Below, piece by piece: positions 25,157 through 37,231 of a stretch of 64,000 nucleotides of DNA. Every line of letters begins with the position of its first letter. Positions within the stretch are counted from its first letter, which is position 1. The position numbers were made by a program, and so were the translations under genes. The stretch lies in the NCBI GenBank assembly GCA_053919585.1, contig CM132787.1. One strand, written 5' to 3'. The notes beneath the pieces are model-generated. The model did no database searches and was not told the origin of the DNA. It saw only the letters and a program-made list of their open reading frames with translations. Source of the stretch: Euprymna scolopes. Its lineage: Eukaryota.

Positions 25157-26411
25157 GAGATTTTCAAAGGATTTAAAATAGATTTTAACATGTCAATATT
25201 TAAAACATACTGGAAAAAAAAAATTACCAATACAGAGAAATGGGTGGAGGTCGGAAGAAGGTCGGTTCTACCCGAAGCGTCTTTGACTGCCATTTTACCT
25301 TGTTACTGGAAGGCTGGCCCTTGGTTATATATTGAACATGCCTTGGGGCAGAGGGGATCAATGCATCGTATTATTTTAACTAGCGATTAACTGACTCAAG
25401 AGTTGGGGGTCACGAAATAACAATCATTTGCAACCTTTAAACTGGCCACATCTCGGACCATCCAGCCCAACTATGGTCGAAATTAAATTTGACATTATGC
25501 TAAATTAAGCATTTTTCCAACAGGGACAAAGTAACCAAGCCTACGCATAGCGAATCTACTAAAGTATCAAGCCAGGAGAAAATGATCACAAGCAAGTATT
25601 TTACCAATATGCGACGTAGATAGGAACGTCTTAATGGAGCCTCATTACCTAAAGGAATACGAGATATATCACCGGATTCCTATTCGAACCAATACTTTGA
25701 ATTTATTTGCGACTTCCACATGACTGACGGAACGTTAGTCACCGATACCTCGAACGGTTGAACTATTACCACGTGATACATTTCTATTGTGTGAACCATT
25801 ATTTCTACCCTGCCAACAGTGTACTGCGGAGTTCCGTGTTTGCTTATTAACATTAAGCCAGTTAATGTCACATGAGTCGAGTGGGTGCTAGCTGTACCTC
25901 GGTGACCATTTTTTTGTTAGCAGCTGATTGCCGAAGTACACGCACCATACAAAGTCTTGGTGAATTAGTGAAGTACGTTGCGGACGGGGTCTCTGGTGTA
26001 CAAGTGACGGGACCACATGGGTTCTAAATACTGCTGAATTTACATTCAGCATAGCTGCCGTTTTTGTTTTGAAAAAAAAAAAAAAAAAAAATTGAGAACA
26101 ATCGAGTATAATTTTGAAACGATGATGGTTCGGACTAGTTTAATTATTTGGTCTTTGTATTTTTTTTTTTAAATGACATTAATGCTTCTGCAGAGTTTCA
26201 ACCGTATCAAGCGAACTCTTGAAGTAAACCTAAATATTGGGTTAGGGTTATAAAAAAAAAAAAAAAGAAATTAATAGTTAGGTTCAGATTCTGTAAAAGT
26301 ACCAGGAAAGTTTATGCTCTTTACATGTCTTTATATTTGGTTATGTGAATATTCCCATACTGCCCAATGGAACAAACGAAAATTCAGGCTATGGGTTTCC
26401 TCATTTTTTCA

Positions 26412-26452
<41 letters not shown>

Positions 26453-27100
26453 AGGCAGTACCAATGCCCAGAAGGGGGAGAAGGTCGGTTCTACCCGGAG
26501 CGTCTGACTGCCATTTTACATTGTTACTGGGAGGCTGTCTCTTGGTTATATGTTGAACATGCCTTGGGCCAGAGGGGGGGGGGATTGCTCATTGGTGCAC
26601 GCCACTTCATTCGAGAGTTCTGAGGGTTGCCGACGTTAGTGTTCTGTGGTGTTCCCTGTTGTTTTATTATACTGCGTCTAAAGTATTATGTGATGAGGTA
26701 GGTTGCTAGCAGTACCTCAGTGAGCACTTTATCTGTTACACATTGCTTGCTGACGTACATGCACCTTTCCAAGTCGGGACGTGGTGTGAGGTATGCTGCG
26801 GACAGGGGCCTTGCGGAATGTGGGGTCATTAGTTCTTTTTGGAGCTAGTCCAACATCCGAGTCAATGCATCATTTTTTTTTCAACTAGTGGCTAACCGAC
26901 TCCAGAGTTGGGAGTCGTGAAATAACGATCATTTCGCAACCTTTATACTGGCCTCATACTGGACCAACCAGCCCAACTATGGTCGAAATTAAATTTTCGG
27001 TTTTTCTTATTTATGTAAATATGAAAATTTACACTATTTCTGCGAGATTTTCAAAGGGTTTAAAATAATTGATTTTAACATGTCAATATTTAGCATAACA
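25157..27100. repeat. Locally duplicated, rearranged unclassified repeat
   Basis: Matching blocks: 25250-25355 with 26475-26580, 25358-25490 with 26862-26996, 25875-25995 with 26697-26810, and 25157-25210 with 27043-27100. Confidence 0.7.
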
Positions 27101-27655
27101 TACATACTCGTATTTATGCGTCAATATTTTATTTCGTTTTCATTTTCGAGTTGTAGAAATCTTACCTTTATCAAAACCTAGAGTTGTATTCTAAACGTGA
27201 TGAACTTTTAAAAGATGTAATTGGCAGGTGATGCATATATGTCATCCAATTAATTTTTCGAAGTCTAACATTTAAGTGTGGCGTTTGTATATTTAATAGT
27301 CATAAAAATTAATATAAGTTCCAAAAGCATTTCGTGCTAGGCATGAAGATAGATAAACAGAATTTTGAGAAGTTCAAAAGCAAAACTGCAGGATTTAATT
27401 TGATTTATCAATTTTCGATGTGCACTGTTATAAACTTGAATTATTGCATAAAAATTCAATTTAAATCGAGAAAAAAAAATCTTATGAACTCATCGTGCAC
27501 CAAAAACCAATATTTTTTTCATAAAATAACTTAAAGTATTTACAATAAATTATTGCTTGATGCAAAGATGTATTTGTATATAAATGTAAATTATTTGTCA
27601 TTTTAATTTTATTTTTTGCCAGTTTTGTCAATTACATGGTTACTATTAACTTTAT

Positions 27656-30600
27656 ACTATCTTTTCAGTTCGTGATGAGCTCAATATAAATGGCTGCATC
27701 CATGTTTACCGTATTTATAGAAATCAGGGGAGGTAACCCTGATTGCTTCCTATTGTCAGGGAAAGATAACTACCTACACACGCCTTTATTCCTGACTACA
27801 AAATGAATTGTCATCTTAATACGCAGATGAAATTTGTGGCTTTCGATGCATTTATGGTGATAAATTCCTTGGTGCTCTAGTTTTCCGACATGGAGGTTTA
27901 CTTAATGGAAAAGGACTGAATGGGTGTGCATATTGTGATCTCATTAACTTCCGTTTCTTCATGCTCACTGTACCGTTCAAACTCCATTGCTTTCCCAGGA
28001 AGTTGTTCCTGCGAGGATCAGGGTTTAGACAGGTTCAAAGTTCTTGGTGTGGCATAATGTGGACCATCCACAACTGGGTATATCTTACGGAGAAACAGAC
28101 GGTTGCACAATGTTACTCTATTGCACCCATCTACTCACTTCGTACTGTAGGTTTTCCTGTCTATGATCCTACTCATCTTTGTCCATCGACTTGGGTTATT
28201 ACTTTCCTGATTCTGGATCTGAAAAAGTCTACTTGAAGTTCCCGGAGTGAACGACAATACTGTCGATAGAACTGTTCGTTTCACATGCCTCTTGGCCATT
28301 GTCACCTCTTAATTCGCTTATTTCTCGCCGTTTCCTTGTTTGGTATTTATTCTGCAAGATAGGAAAGTGGTTTTAATGACAACCATATAGCATTACAGCT
28401 GGGCATGTTAAGGTCTGGGCAGAAGTGCTTTGATGGGTTAGTAATGTCCGAGCAACTCAATCATGGCATAGGCGTCCATAACCGCCCCTGTTGTCAGCTA
28501 GTATGCGCTTTGCAGCTTTAACAACTAACTTTGGGCGGCCGTTGCTTTGAGCATAATAGGCCAATGAGGTACGTTTCCATATCCCTTAGTTCCTCAAAAA
28601 GGAGTTGTACTCTTGGGACACAAACGATGATCCACCATTCGAAGAAATTTCTTTAGGTAAACCTAATGTTAGCACGAGTGTGTGACTGAGGGGAACCATT
28701 TTGAATTAGACTTCAAGGTCCTGCATTCTTCATTTATAGCTGCCGCAGCCACAATGCTTTCCTATTAATTTCTTTTCAATTCAGGGTCATACTCGTACAT
28801 CAATGTGAAATCGGCTTTAAATGGAGTGTCAATCGTTTGGTCATGTTTTTTTTGGAGTACCTGCTGGGCATCGAAATGCACAATCAGGGGCTAAACAGTT
28901 TTCCAAGGCGATTATTTATCTGAAATTTGTACAGTGTCTTTTCCTTGAAATTGTACAAACAGGGTTTTTTTTCGATAATCTCCACGGTTGGTTTGAAAAT
29001 ATCTTTATTAGTAGTAAGTGGTCCACTTATCAGCAAGTCTGGACATCCAGGTATGAATATCCGGCACGATTCTAACACAGATCAGGGCTAACGCTTCTTT
29101 CACCGGTGCATATCAATTTTGCATTTGCAAGATGGGATCCAGCCAAAAGGAGCTTCTAGTGACCATTCCCACAACTCATGTACAATTCATTCTCACATCT
29201 GCAGTGTTTCTGACATAGGAAATGTGATAGTCCTGTCTTACTATAGTCGGTGGCAAGTTCTTTTACCCTGTTCATTTCGAATGCTTGGATACTTTTCTAA
29301 ATCCTTTTTACTATCAATTTTCGATTCTTGGAAAATGTGCTCCAGTGTTTCATCTCAATAGAACTGTTTGTTCTTTGACCTTCATAACTCTCGAAAGGGG
29401 CTCATAACTTGTGAGAAGGCATACGACACCTGGTTCACAAGTCTGACTCAGGATCTAACTCCAGTAATATTTGGCGAAGAGTATGGCAGTTAAAGATGGT
29501 TTACGTCGTTCTTTGAGGGGGGGGGGTCAACATCATTTGCAATAACTAGACACTGTAAATTTTACCTCCATGCAGAAAAGTAGAACTTGTCTGGATTAAG
29601 TAATCGCTTTGCTGGCACTGATTTATATAGCCAATAGTGTGCCAGAGTCGCCCCATAGCTTATACACTGGGTGTTTCGAGCTGTCCACAAGATGTCATCA
29701 AACCGACGATTGTAACCATCTCCTGATCTATGGAATCCTTGAGGTCGACAGTACCAATATTGACCCCACTTTGTAATGAACGTGGTGGCATCCTGTGTGG
29801 CTGTAGGTAGCGTCAGACTGGTATCCATTCCATGCGCATAGTACCGTTTTTATAGTGGTTGTTGGTATCGCAGAGACCTGATTGAATGGGAGGAGGTGTG
29901 ATGCATTTCTCCTCATAGTGGCACCATTCAACTTCTGTAGATCCACAGCCAGACTTTGGGACCCATCCTTTTTTGGCGTGACCACAATTCTTGAACACCA
30001 AGTACTACTGGTACTGGTTCTATTCTCTCCAATGCAACATCTATGTCCTGCTCCACTTTTTTCTTCCAGTCACCGGGAACAGGTATCCGCATGTGGACTG
30101 CTGTTGGTGTAACGTCCGAGAGGAATTTTATTTGATAGGGTTTATCGGCCATTGTCTAGTGGTTAATGTGAACAAGTGTTGAACACATTAAAGTTGAATG
30201 CATCTTTAGCCATTGTTCCAATTCTTGTCTTTTGGTTTGTTGGCTTGAATTGGATAGTCTGGTTTCTTTGGAACTGGTGTTCTGCGTAGGCATCCGCAAG
30301 GAGCCGTTTCTTTTGTTCTTGCAGAGCTGTTCTGTGAAATTGATGTTGGGAAATCGGAAGTAAAGAGGTACAAATGCTTTAACGTTTGTGACAACTAGAA
30401 AATGGATATATTGTCCGATACATATACCTCTTGTGTTTTTGATCCTACCCTTATGTACAAAAACAGAACTCCCTTGATGTGTAGGCAGTTATGCCACTTA
30501 TCCAGTGGGTAGTTGGTATCAAGTACTCATTCGAATACCTGAGTAGTCTGAATCTCAAGCCCGAATCGAGTAAGTCTGGCCCCTGTATCTGTAAACGCTT

Positions 30601-31427
30601 GGATAGAATGGGAGAGTGCAGTTACGGGATTTTTTTTTTTGCACCCGTCCAAAGATCGCATGACTTTGGTATCATAATTATCTCAAGTAACTGAAGGGGG
30701 TAATTCTGGAGTACACACCAGAAATTGTTTCTCCATCCCCCTCAAGGTGAAGCATGTTAGTCAGCTGTCTGTCTGCGAGCAGAAAATTTATCCAAGGTAC
30801 CATTTGTAAACAAACGACTTTCTACTTCGTTTTGCTTGTGGCTTCCGTTTCTTTGGACGCCTTAAATTTACGATATGTTTTTTTTTGGGGGGGGGGGTCC
30901 ATCACCCCGCAAAAGTGTCACTCGAGTTCAACTGCTGGACAATCTTTAATTCATCGATCTTCCTGATTGTGACGTCTTTCTGCAACCGGCAAAACGTTTA
31001 GTATATCGAGGTGTCCTAGCATCCATTTCACGCTAGTTATATCCAGTTCCATCGAGGGTTATTCCTTTTATTTTTGTTTCATTCACGATATGCTGGAACG
31101 ACTGCATTTCTTTCCCCAGTTCAATGTTATCTTGTTGCAATTTGACGAGTTGCTTTAATAAAAGCACGCCTTCTTGCTCCATAGTATTTTGACGGCAAAT
31201 ATATCCAATGTTTACAGTGAAAAGCTGTTCGTAGTGCTATGCAAGTTGAGAAAAGCAGGGTATTGTATCTTTCCAGCTCGTGCTGAGCTCAATATAAAAT
31301 AAAATTAGCCGCACCCGTGTTTATAGTATTTATAAAAATCAGGAGAGATCACTCTGGTTCCTTCTTGTCCAGGGGAAGATCACTGGTTGCCTTCTATTGT
31401 CAGGGACAGATAACTCATACCTAAACA
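27656..31427 (-). mobile_element. Gypsy-type LTR retrotransposon, decayed and internally deleted
   Basis: Diverged LTRs at 27656-27780 and 31264-31427 (TG.. start on minus); polypurine tract AGGAATAAAGGCG. gag start near 31183. RT peptides VTPKKDGSQSLAVDLQKLN and TTFITKWGQY..PQGF.SGDGYNRRFDDI. Integrase PKEISSNGG..YYAQSNGRPKLVVKAAKRIL lies after RT (Gypsy order). Confidence 0.9.
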
Positions 31428-31649
31428 AAGACAAGATTGTTTTTATTTTTAAACAAAAACTTAAAAATTAAAGTTTACATGATAAATACAAAACTAATTT
31501 TCATTGAATTTTATAATACTTCTAAAACACCTGGCCTATGTTATAATTTAAGCCTCGTTTCATTATCCAAAAATGAAATCCACGCATTAAATCCGATGCG
31601 ACTAAGATATTAAATCAGTTTTTATAGGCAGTAGCAAAAATATGAATGG

Positions 31650-33585
31650 AAGCTATTTACTTTAGCTGCCGAAAATATTGAAGCCCTTAGTTCATCTGAA
31701 GGTTCAAGATATCAACAACTTTACCATTAAATTCTACAAATTTTACGATTACTGGCAGACAGGTAATAAAGTTTTTATGCCAAAGATTAAGTCCTTTGTT
31801 GTACAAGCCGTCCAATCATCCGATGAATTTTTAACATGTTGCCAAGCTAATCAAGAACCTTAATTCTAGTAAAGCAACTGGCCCTGACGGCATTCCAATT
31901 ATAGTGTTAAATAAGCTTCAACCAGAACTTGCCCCATACTTACAAAACTGGTACTAATGCACTTACTGATCCGCCCTATTTTTTAAAATCGTGTTTCCAA
32001 GTTTAAAGTTTTTTTTTTTTAATTCAATTGTAAGGGTAAAGTACAGAATGGATACAAAACACTCCTCTCCATGTTAAGAATGGCCTTTTAAATAATATTT
32101 CAGTACGGATCAATAAGTGCATGAGTACCAAAACTTTAAGAGTTGCCTTAAGTGCTTTTCAACACCCTGGAAAACCTCATCAGTATGCCCTGTATTTAAG
32201 AATTCATCTCCCTCTCAGTACAGACCACTAAGTCTCCTGTGTGTCATGATTAAGTTGCTAGAATCCATATTAACTAGAAAAGTAGTCAACCACCTCAGCA
32301 GAAATAACCTTAGTGACATGCAATATGGTTTCCATTCTGCTAGATCTACAGCAGATGTGCTAACGGTTATATCTCATAGGATTAGCGAATCTCAACAAAG
32401 GCTTCCTTTCTAGGGCAATTGCTCTTATCAAATACCTTCGATACGGTATAGCACAAAGACCTACGTCATAAGATTTCCAGATACGGTATAACTGGAAATG
32501 TTTTCTCAATTATTGAAGCATTTCTGATAGGCTCTAAGAGTAGTGGTTGATGGGCAGAAATTAGAGGCCTGCAATATTAATGCTGGAGTCCCTCGGGGGG
32601 GGGGTCCATCCTGGGCCCAACTCTTCCTGATCTATAATGATCTCCCAAAACATGCTTAAATCATTCGTTATACATCTATGCTGATGACGACCATCTATGG
32701 CAACACATCAAAGGCTGTAAATGACAAAGTTCTGATTCTCTGATCTTGAGCACATGTTAGAGGGGGGGAAAGAGGTGGCTGGTTACTTTTAATGCATCTA
32801 AAACCAAGCTCTTATCTTTACATCAACGCTCTGCTCCCCAGCTGGCATCAATTGAAATGGATGACTCGTCTAGAGGAAACCCATGTTTTGATAAGCTTCT
32901 GGGTTTGACTTTTACTCCTGATCTGAAATGAAACACGTACATCAAGTCTGTTGCCAAGGTCGCTGGGAAAATGGTGGGTTCCTTCTACCGCTCCAGAAGA
33001 TCTCGTTAATGCAATTCTCTATATAAAGCCAAGTTCGTCCAAGGATGGAATCCTGCTGCCACATCTGGGCAGGAGCTGCTAGAAACAGCCTATCCTGCCT
33101 TGACAGTACAAAATAGACTTCATGGCTTAGTGGGGGATGCCCTTTTCTCTTCCCAGCAACGTATCTCCCACAGAAGAGATGTTGCGAGCCTATCTTTGTT
33201 TTATTATTTCCATGGCAAGTGCTCGTCTGAGCTCCAATCTCTGCCCCCCTCGCCAATCTTTCATGATAAACACCCGTCTAGCTGAAACTCAATTTTCCCC
33301 ACTATCTGTGCCTAAATCGAAACGTAGATTCCATGAACAAAGCTTCTTAGAACTGCACGCCTGTGGAACTCTACCGCTTGCCTGTTTCCCCACCTGACTT
33401 CAACTTGGAAGTTTTCAAGTCCAACACAAATTCCTGATGAATCGCTTCCTTAATGACACTATAAAATCTCCAATACTAACAAATACTACAACACTATCCC
33501 ATTGATTACTGTACACACAATCAGAATGGCTTCTGGGCCTTGATAAGTAGTTACCTCCAGGTAAAAAAAAAAAAGAAAAAAGAAA
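31650..33585 (+). mobile_element. CR1/L2-type LINE, RT and 3' end with A-tail
   Basis: SKATGPDGIP, WKTSSVCPVFKN..QYRPLSLL, QYGFHSARSTAD, GVP..ILGP, YADD at 32677-32688, YKSQVRPRMESCCHIWAG. Confidence 0.9.
31950..32129. mobile_element. MITE nested in the LINE
   Basis: TIRs GGTACTAATGCACTTACTGATCCG / CGGATCAATAAGTGCATGAGTACC; AAAACT duplicated on both sides. Confidence 0.85.
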
Positions 33586-33639
33586 AATCGATAAAAATAT
33601 GCTTGCATTCTTAAACAGACAATTACTGATTAATATTTG

Positions 33640-34395
33640 AACCGTTGCACGAATTCTATCTTATGCCCATTTTCATTTAAATGGCTTTATTAACAATCAA
33701 AATTATCGAATTTGGGCAACAAAAAACCCCAGACCTATTCAACAGCACGAACTACACCTCATAAAATGTACAGTATGGTGCAGTGTAACTGCTCAAGAGA
33801 TAATTGGGCCTTATTTTTTTTTTTGAGGATGAGGATGCAAATAAGATCACAGTAACAGGTGAACGCTACCGCACAATGATTGAAAACTTACCAAGAACTT
33901 GGGTTCAAAACTAACCCCAGGTGATGTGATTCCAGCAAGATGGGCTACAGCAAGATGGGGCTATAAGAGACAAAAACATGCTTGCAGAACATCCTTGAGA
34001 ACAGAATATCGCATGGTTGCGAATTTAACTGGCGGCCGGGATCAGCAGATCTGATCGCCAAGAAAGGATTTGCAAAATTAAACTTAACACTTGTTGAAAA
34101 AAAAAAAAAAATTAATTGAAATTAGGGCTATAAACACAGTAATGCTTAATGGAACGCATTAGGTGGGGCAAAAGAATGAAAGAAAAATGGGGGGGCACTT
34201 AACGAACATTATTTTAATTAAAATAAACTTTTACAAAAACAATTTACTATAGTGTTAATAGCATATAAACGTTATAAGTAATAAAATGAAACTTTAAAAA
34301 TCTTGGAAGGATTGATGCAACTTCATTTCAAATTTGGCGAGTATATTTTTTAAAAATAAAGTTTTAATGGGTAACTACTTCTGGGCCACTAGAAT
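33640..34395 (+). mobile_element. Tc1/mariner transposase relic (DD41D/rosa-like)
   Basis: AHFHLNGFINNQNYRIWATKNPR..ELHPHKCTVWC..IIGPYFF..TVTGERYRTMI..FQQDGAT, with frameshifts. Confidence 0.8.
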
Positions 34396-34599
34396 GTGAG
34401 AATTATTGGCACAGAAAAGTGTGCAAGAGAACCAAATATGCGTAAAAGAGCGACTGTCTCGCGACGAACACCACAACAGATGAAATGTACAACGGAAATT
34501 AAATTAACATTTGCGTGATTTTTCATCTAAGACTATTCTAGACAAGCATCGTTCACTTTGTTTTTTTCACCTAATTCGTCATTTGGAATAAAATAGTGG

Positions 34600-35860
34600 C
34601 TTTTTTTTTTACAGAGAGTCACCACTTATCAAGACCCGGAGGCCAGTCGAGGGTTAATTAGAGCATGATAGTCAATGGAAGAATATCGTAGTAATAGTTA
34701 TTAAAAAATTTCAAAATGTGATTAAGGGGATAGCTCATCAAGAACTTGTTCACATAGGATTTGATCATATTGTAGTCAGCTTAAAAACAGGGAAACGGAA
34801 GAGAGTTATATAGGCGTGCAGTTCAAGAAATAAGTTTTGTTCATGAAATCTACGTTTACGTCTACGCACAGATAAGGAGTAGGGAGAATTATTGATAGTG
34901 GTTTCAGCTAGATGAAGGTTTTCCTGAAAGTTTGACAAAGGGAGAACAGATTGGAGCACTTGCCATTGAAATAAGGATAAGGAAGACTTGTGGGAAAGAG
35001 GTTATAGGGAAGATAAAGATGCATACCCCATTAGGCTACGTCGTCCATTTTGAACTATCAAGGCAAGGTGAGGTTCTAGCAGCTCCTGCACAGGGGCAAC
35101 AGTACTCCATCCTTGGATGTACTTGGCTCTTATACAGGTAGAGAATTGCATCAGAAGTAGGATATCTACTGGAGCGGTAGAATGAACCCATCATCTTTCC
35201 AACGACCTTGGCGATGGATTTGATGTACGTATTTTATTTCAGATCAGGAGTAAAGGTCAGCTCCTAAAGCTTATCAAAACAGAGCCTCCAAAGAGAGCCA
35301 TTCATTTCAATTGATGCCAGATGGCGATAAGAGCGTTGATGGTGTAAAGATAGGTTAGTTTTGGATGGATTAAAAGTAATCAGACATCTTTCCCCACTGC
35401 ATCACGTGCTTAAGATCTAAAGGGTTGGTTGGTTGTTTGTTTTACGGCATATCAACCCTTTTAGGTTATTTAATGCTGAATCCAAAAATTTGGAAGAAAA
35501 TTTTTTAATAGAATTTGTTGTTTTCAAGTCGGTTTCTATTTGACCCATAGTTGGGACCCTAACAGGTACTACCACTCCGGATCTGAGTGGACCTGGGATC
35601 AATACCAATTAAAGGGTGGCTCCACACTCCCCAAAGCCCGCAAGCTGGAGCCTCACCATCGGATATAGTTTAAGGTCATATCCAGGACCAAGATCTGAAG
35701 GGAGACACTCGGAGGGAACTGTCATTTACGACCTTTGAAGTGTTGCCATGGATGGTAATGTCAACATAAATGTCTACGGATGATCTTAGAATGTAATTTG
35801 GGAGATCATTAATCTAGATGAGGAAGGGAGTTGGGCCCAGGGACTCCAGCATTGAGACTG
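34600..35860 (-). mobile_element. CR1/L2-type LINE 3' part (same family as 31650-33585)
   Basis: Reverse-complement similarity to 32580-33570, e.g. YKSQVHPRMEYC and RRFHEQ. Confidence 0.85.
35425..35689 (-). mobile_element. 5'-truncated SINE-like retroposon nested in the LINE
   Basis: 13-bp TSD AAGATCT(A/G)AAGGG at 35412-35424 and 35690-35702; (AACC/AAAC)n tail on the minus strand. Confidence 0.8.
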
Positions 35861-36634
35861 AAACACTATGAAAAGATTTAGTAAAAACCTGTGTGTACAC
35901 CAATAATTTATTTTCTATTTACACCACTTAACGTATTAGAAAAGTTAAATCCCAAATGCCTGCTTGCTGTTAAAGGCAAGGGACATAACTTACAGGCATT
36001 GAAGAGCAGTGAGATACATAGTTTATGAGACGTCCAGTTTTAATACGAAAATGTTCATTTTATAGATGAAGTTTTAGATCCACCAATTATTGTAGTAAAG
36101 AATTTTGAGTAAATGTAGGAGTCGACAAGACTTAAAATACAGTTTTATTTAATTTTGGTTGATTGTTTTTATATCAGCGTTTTCCGTTTAATTTTTACGA
36201 ACAATCAAAGTTAAAACCAAATTTATATTTACTGATTCATACCCCCCCCCCAAAAAAAAATAAACTCCTGAATAAAATTCATTTCAAGCAGCTTTCAAAC
36301 CGAACTTACATTCCACCTTAAAATGGCAACTGTTTTCGGGTATGCTGAAAACGAATATCGTATTTCATTTTTCGCAAAATAGTTTTAGGATATTAATGCA
36401 ATTCCTTTTAAATTGAATGGCTATTTGTGTACGCGCAAGCGCGCATATTTAAGAGTTCAAAATTAACTTAGTTTTGTCAGTATTTAAAACAAAACTAAAT
36501 CATGAAGTTTAATGCGACAGATATATAAATAGCTGTGAAGTGCTTTTCCTGATCGAAAGAATACTTCATCCTGATTGGTATTTGCTGTTTTTAGTGAATA
36601 GAATATAAACGTTTTGATTATCTCATTCACAATC

Positions 36635-36670
<36 letters not shown>

Positions 36671-37200
36671 ACTTGTGACGTTTAATATATCTTTATCAAA
36701 ACAATATTGTGGATAATGTTTAATCAATCTGAATACGTTATCCAAACTATTGTGTAATGAGCGACAATTTATGTCTTATGTTTGAGCAAGACTTGAAAAT
36801 ACTTGATAAATCTAACTCATGCCACAACGGATAATGGTGTTCATTATCCATTAATTTTAAGTAATATTCTACTGGAGATATACGTCATGCTATAACTAAT
36901 AACGAAATGTTATACTTAATCTAAGTATCAATATAATTTCCATTTTTACTTGGATTACTCCAGAATACAGGCATTCAGATACATGCATTATAAAAAGTAC
37001 AGTATATTTACCACAAAATATTTATAGTAAATAGCGTCATAACAAATCAGGACGCTTTTCCCAGAAATCCCATGTGCACACTTGTATTAACCCGTATTAG
37101 GAAAAGATCATATAGACCTTTAACTATTCTGTACATTCCACAATTTAAATAACTATATCGCAAAAATTGAATTTAACTATTAAATCATATACAAAATAGC

Positions 37201-37231
<31 letters not shown>

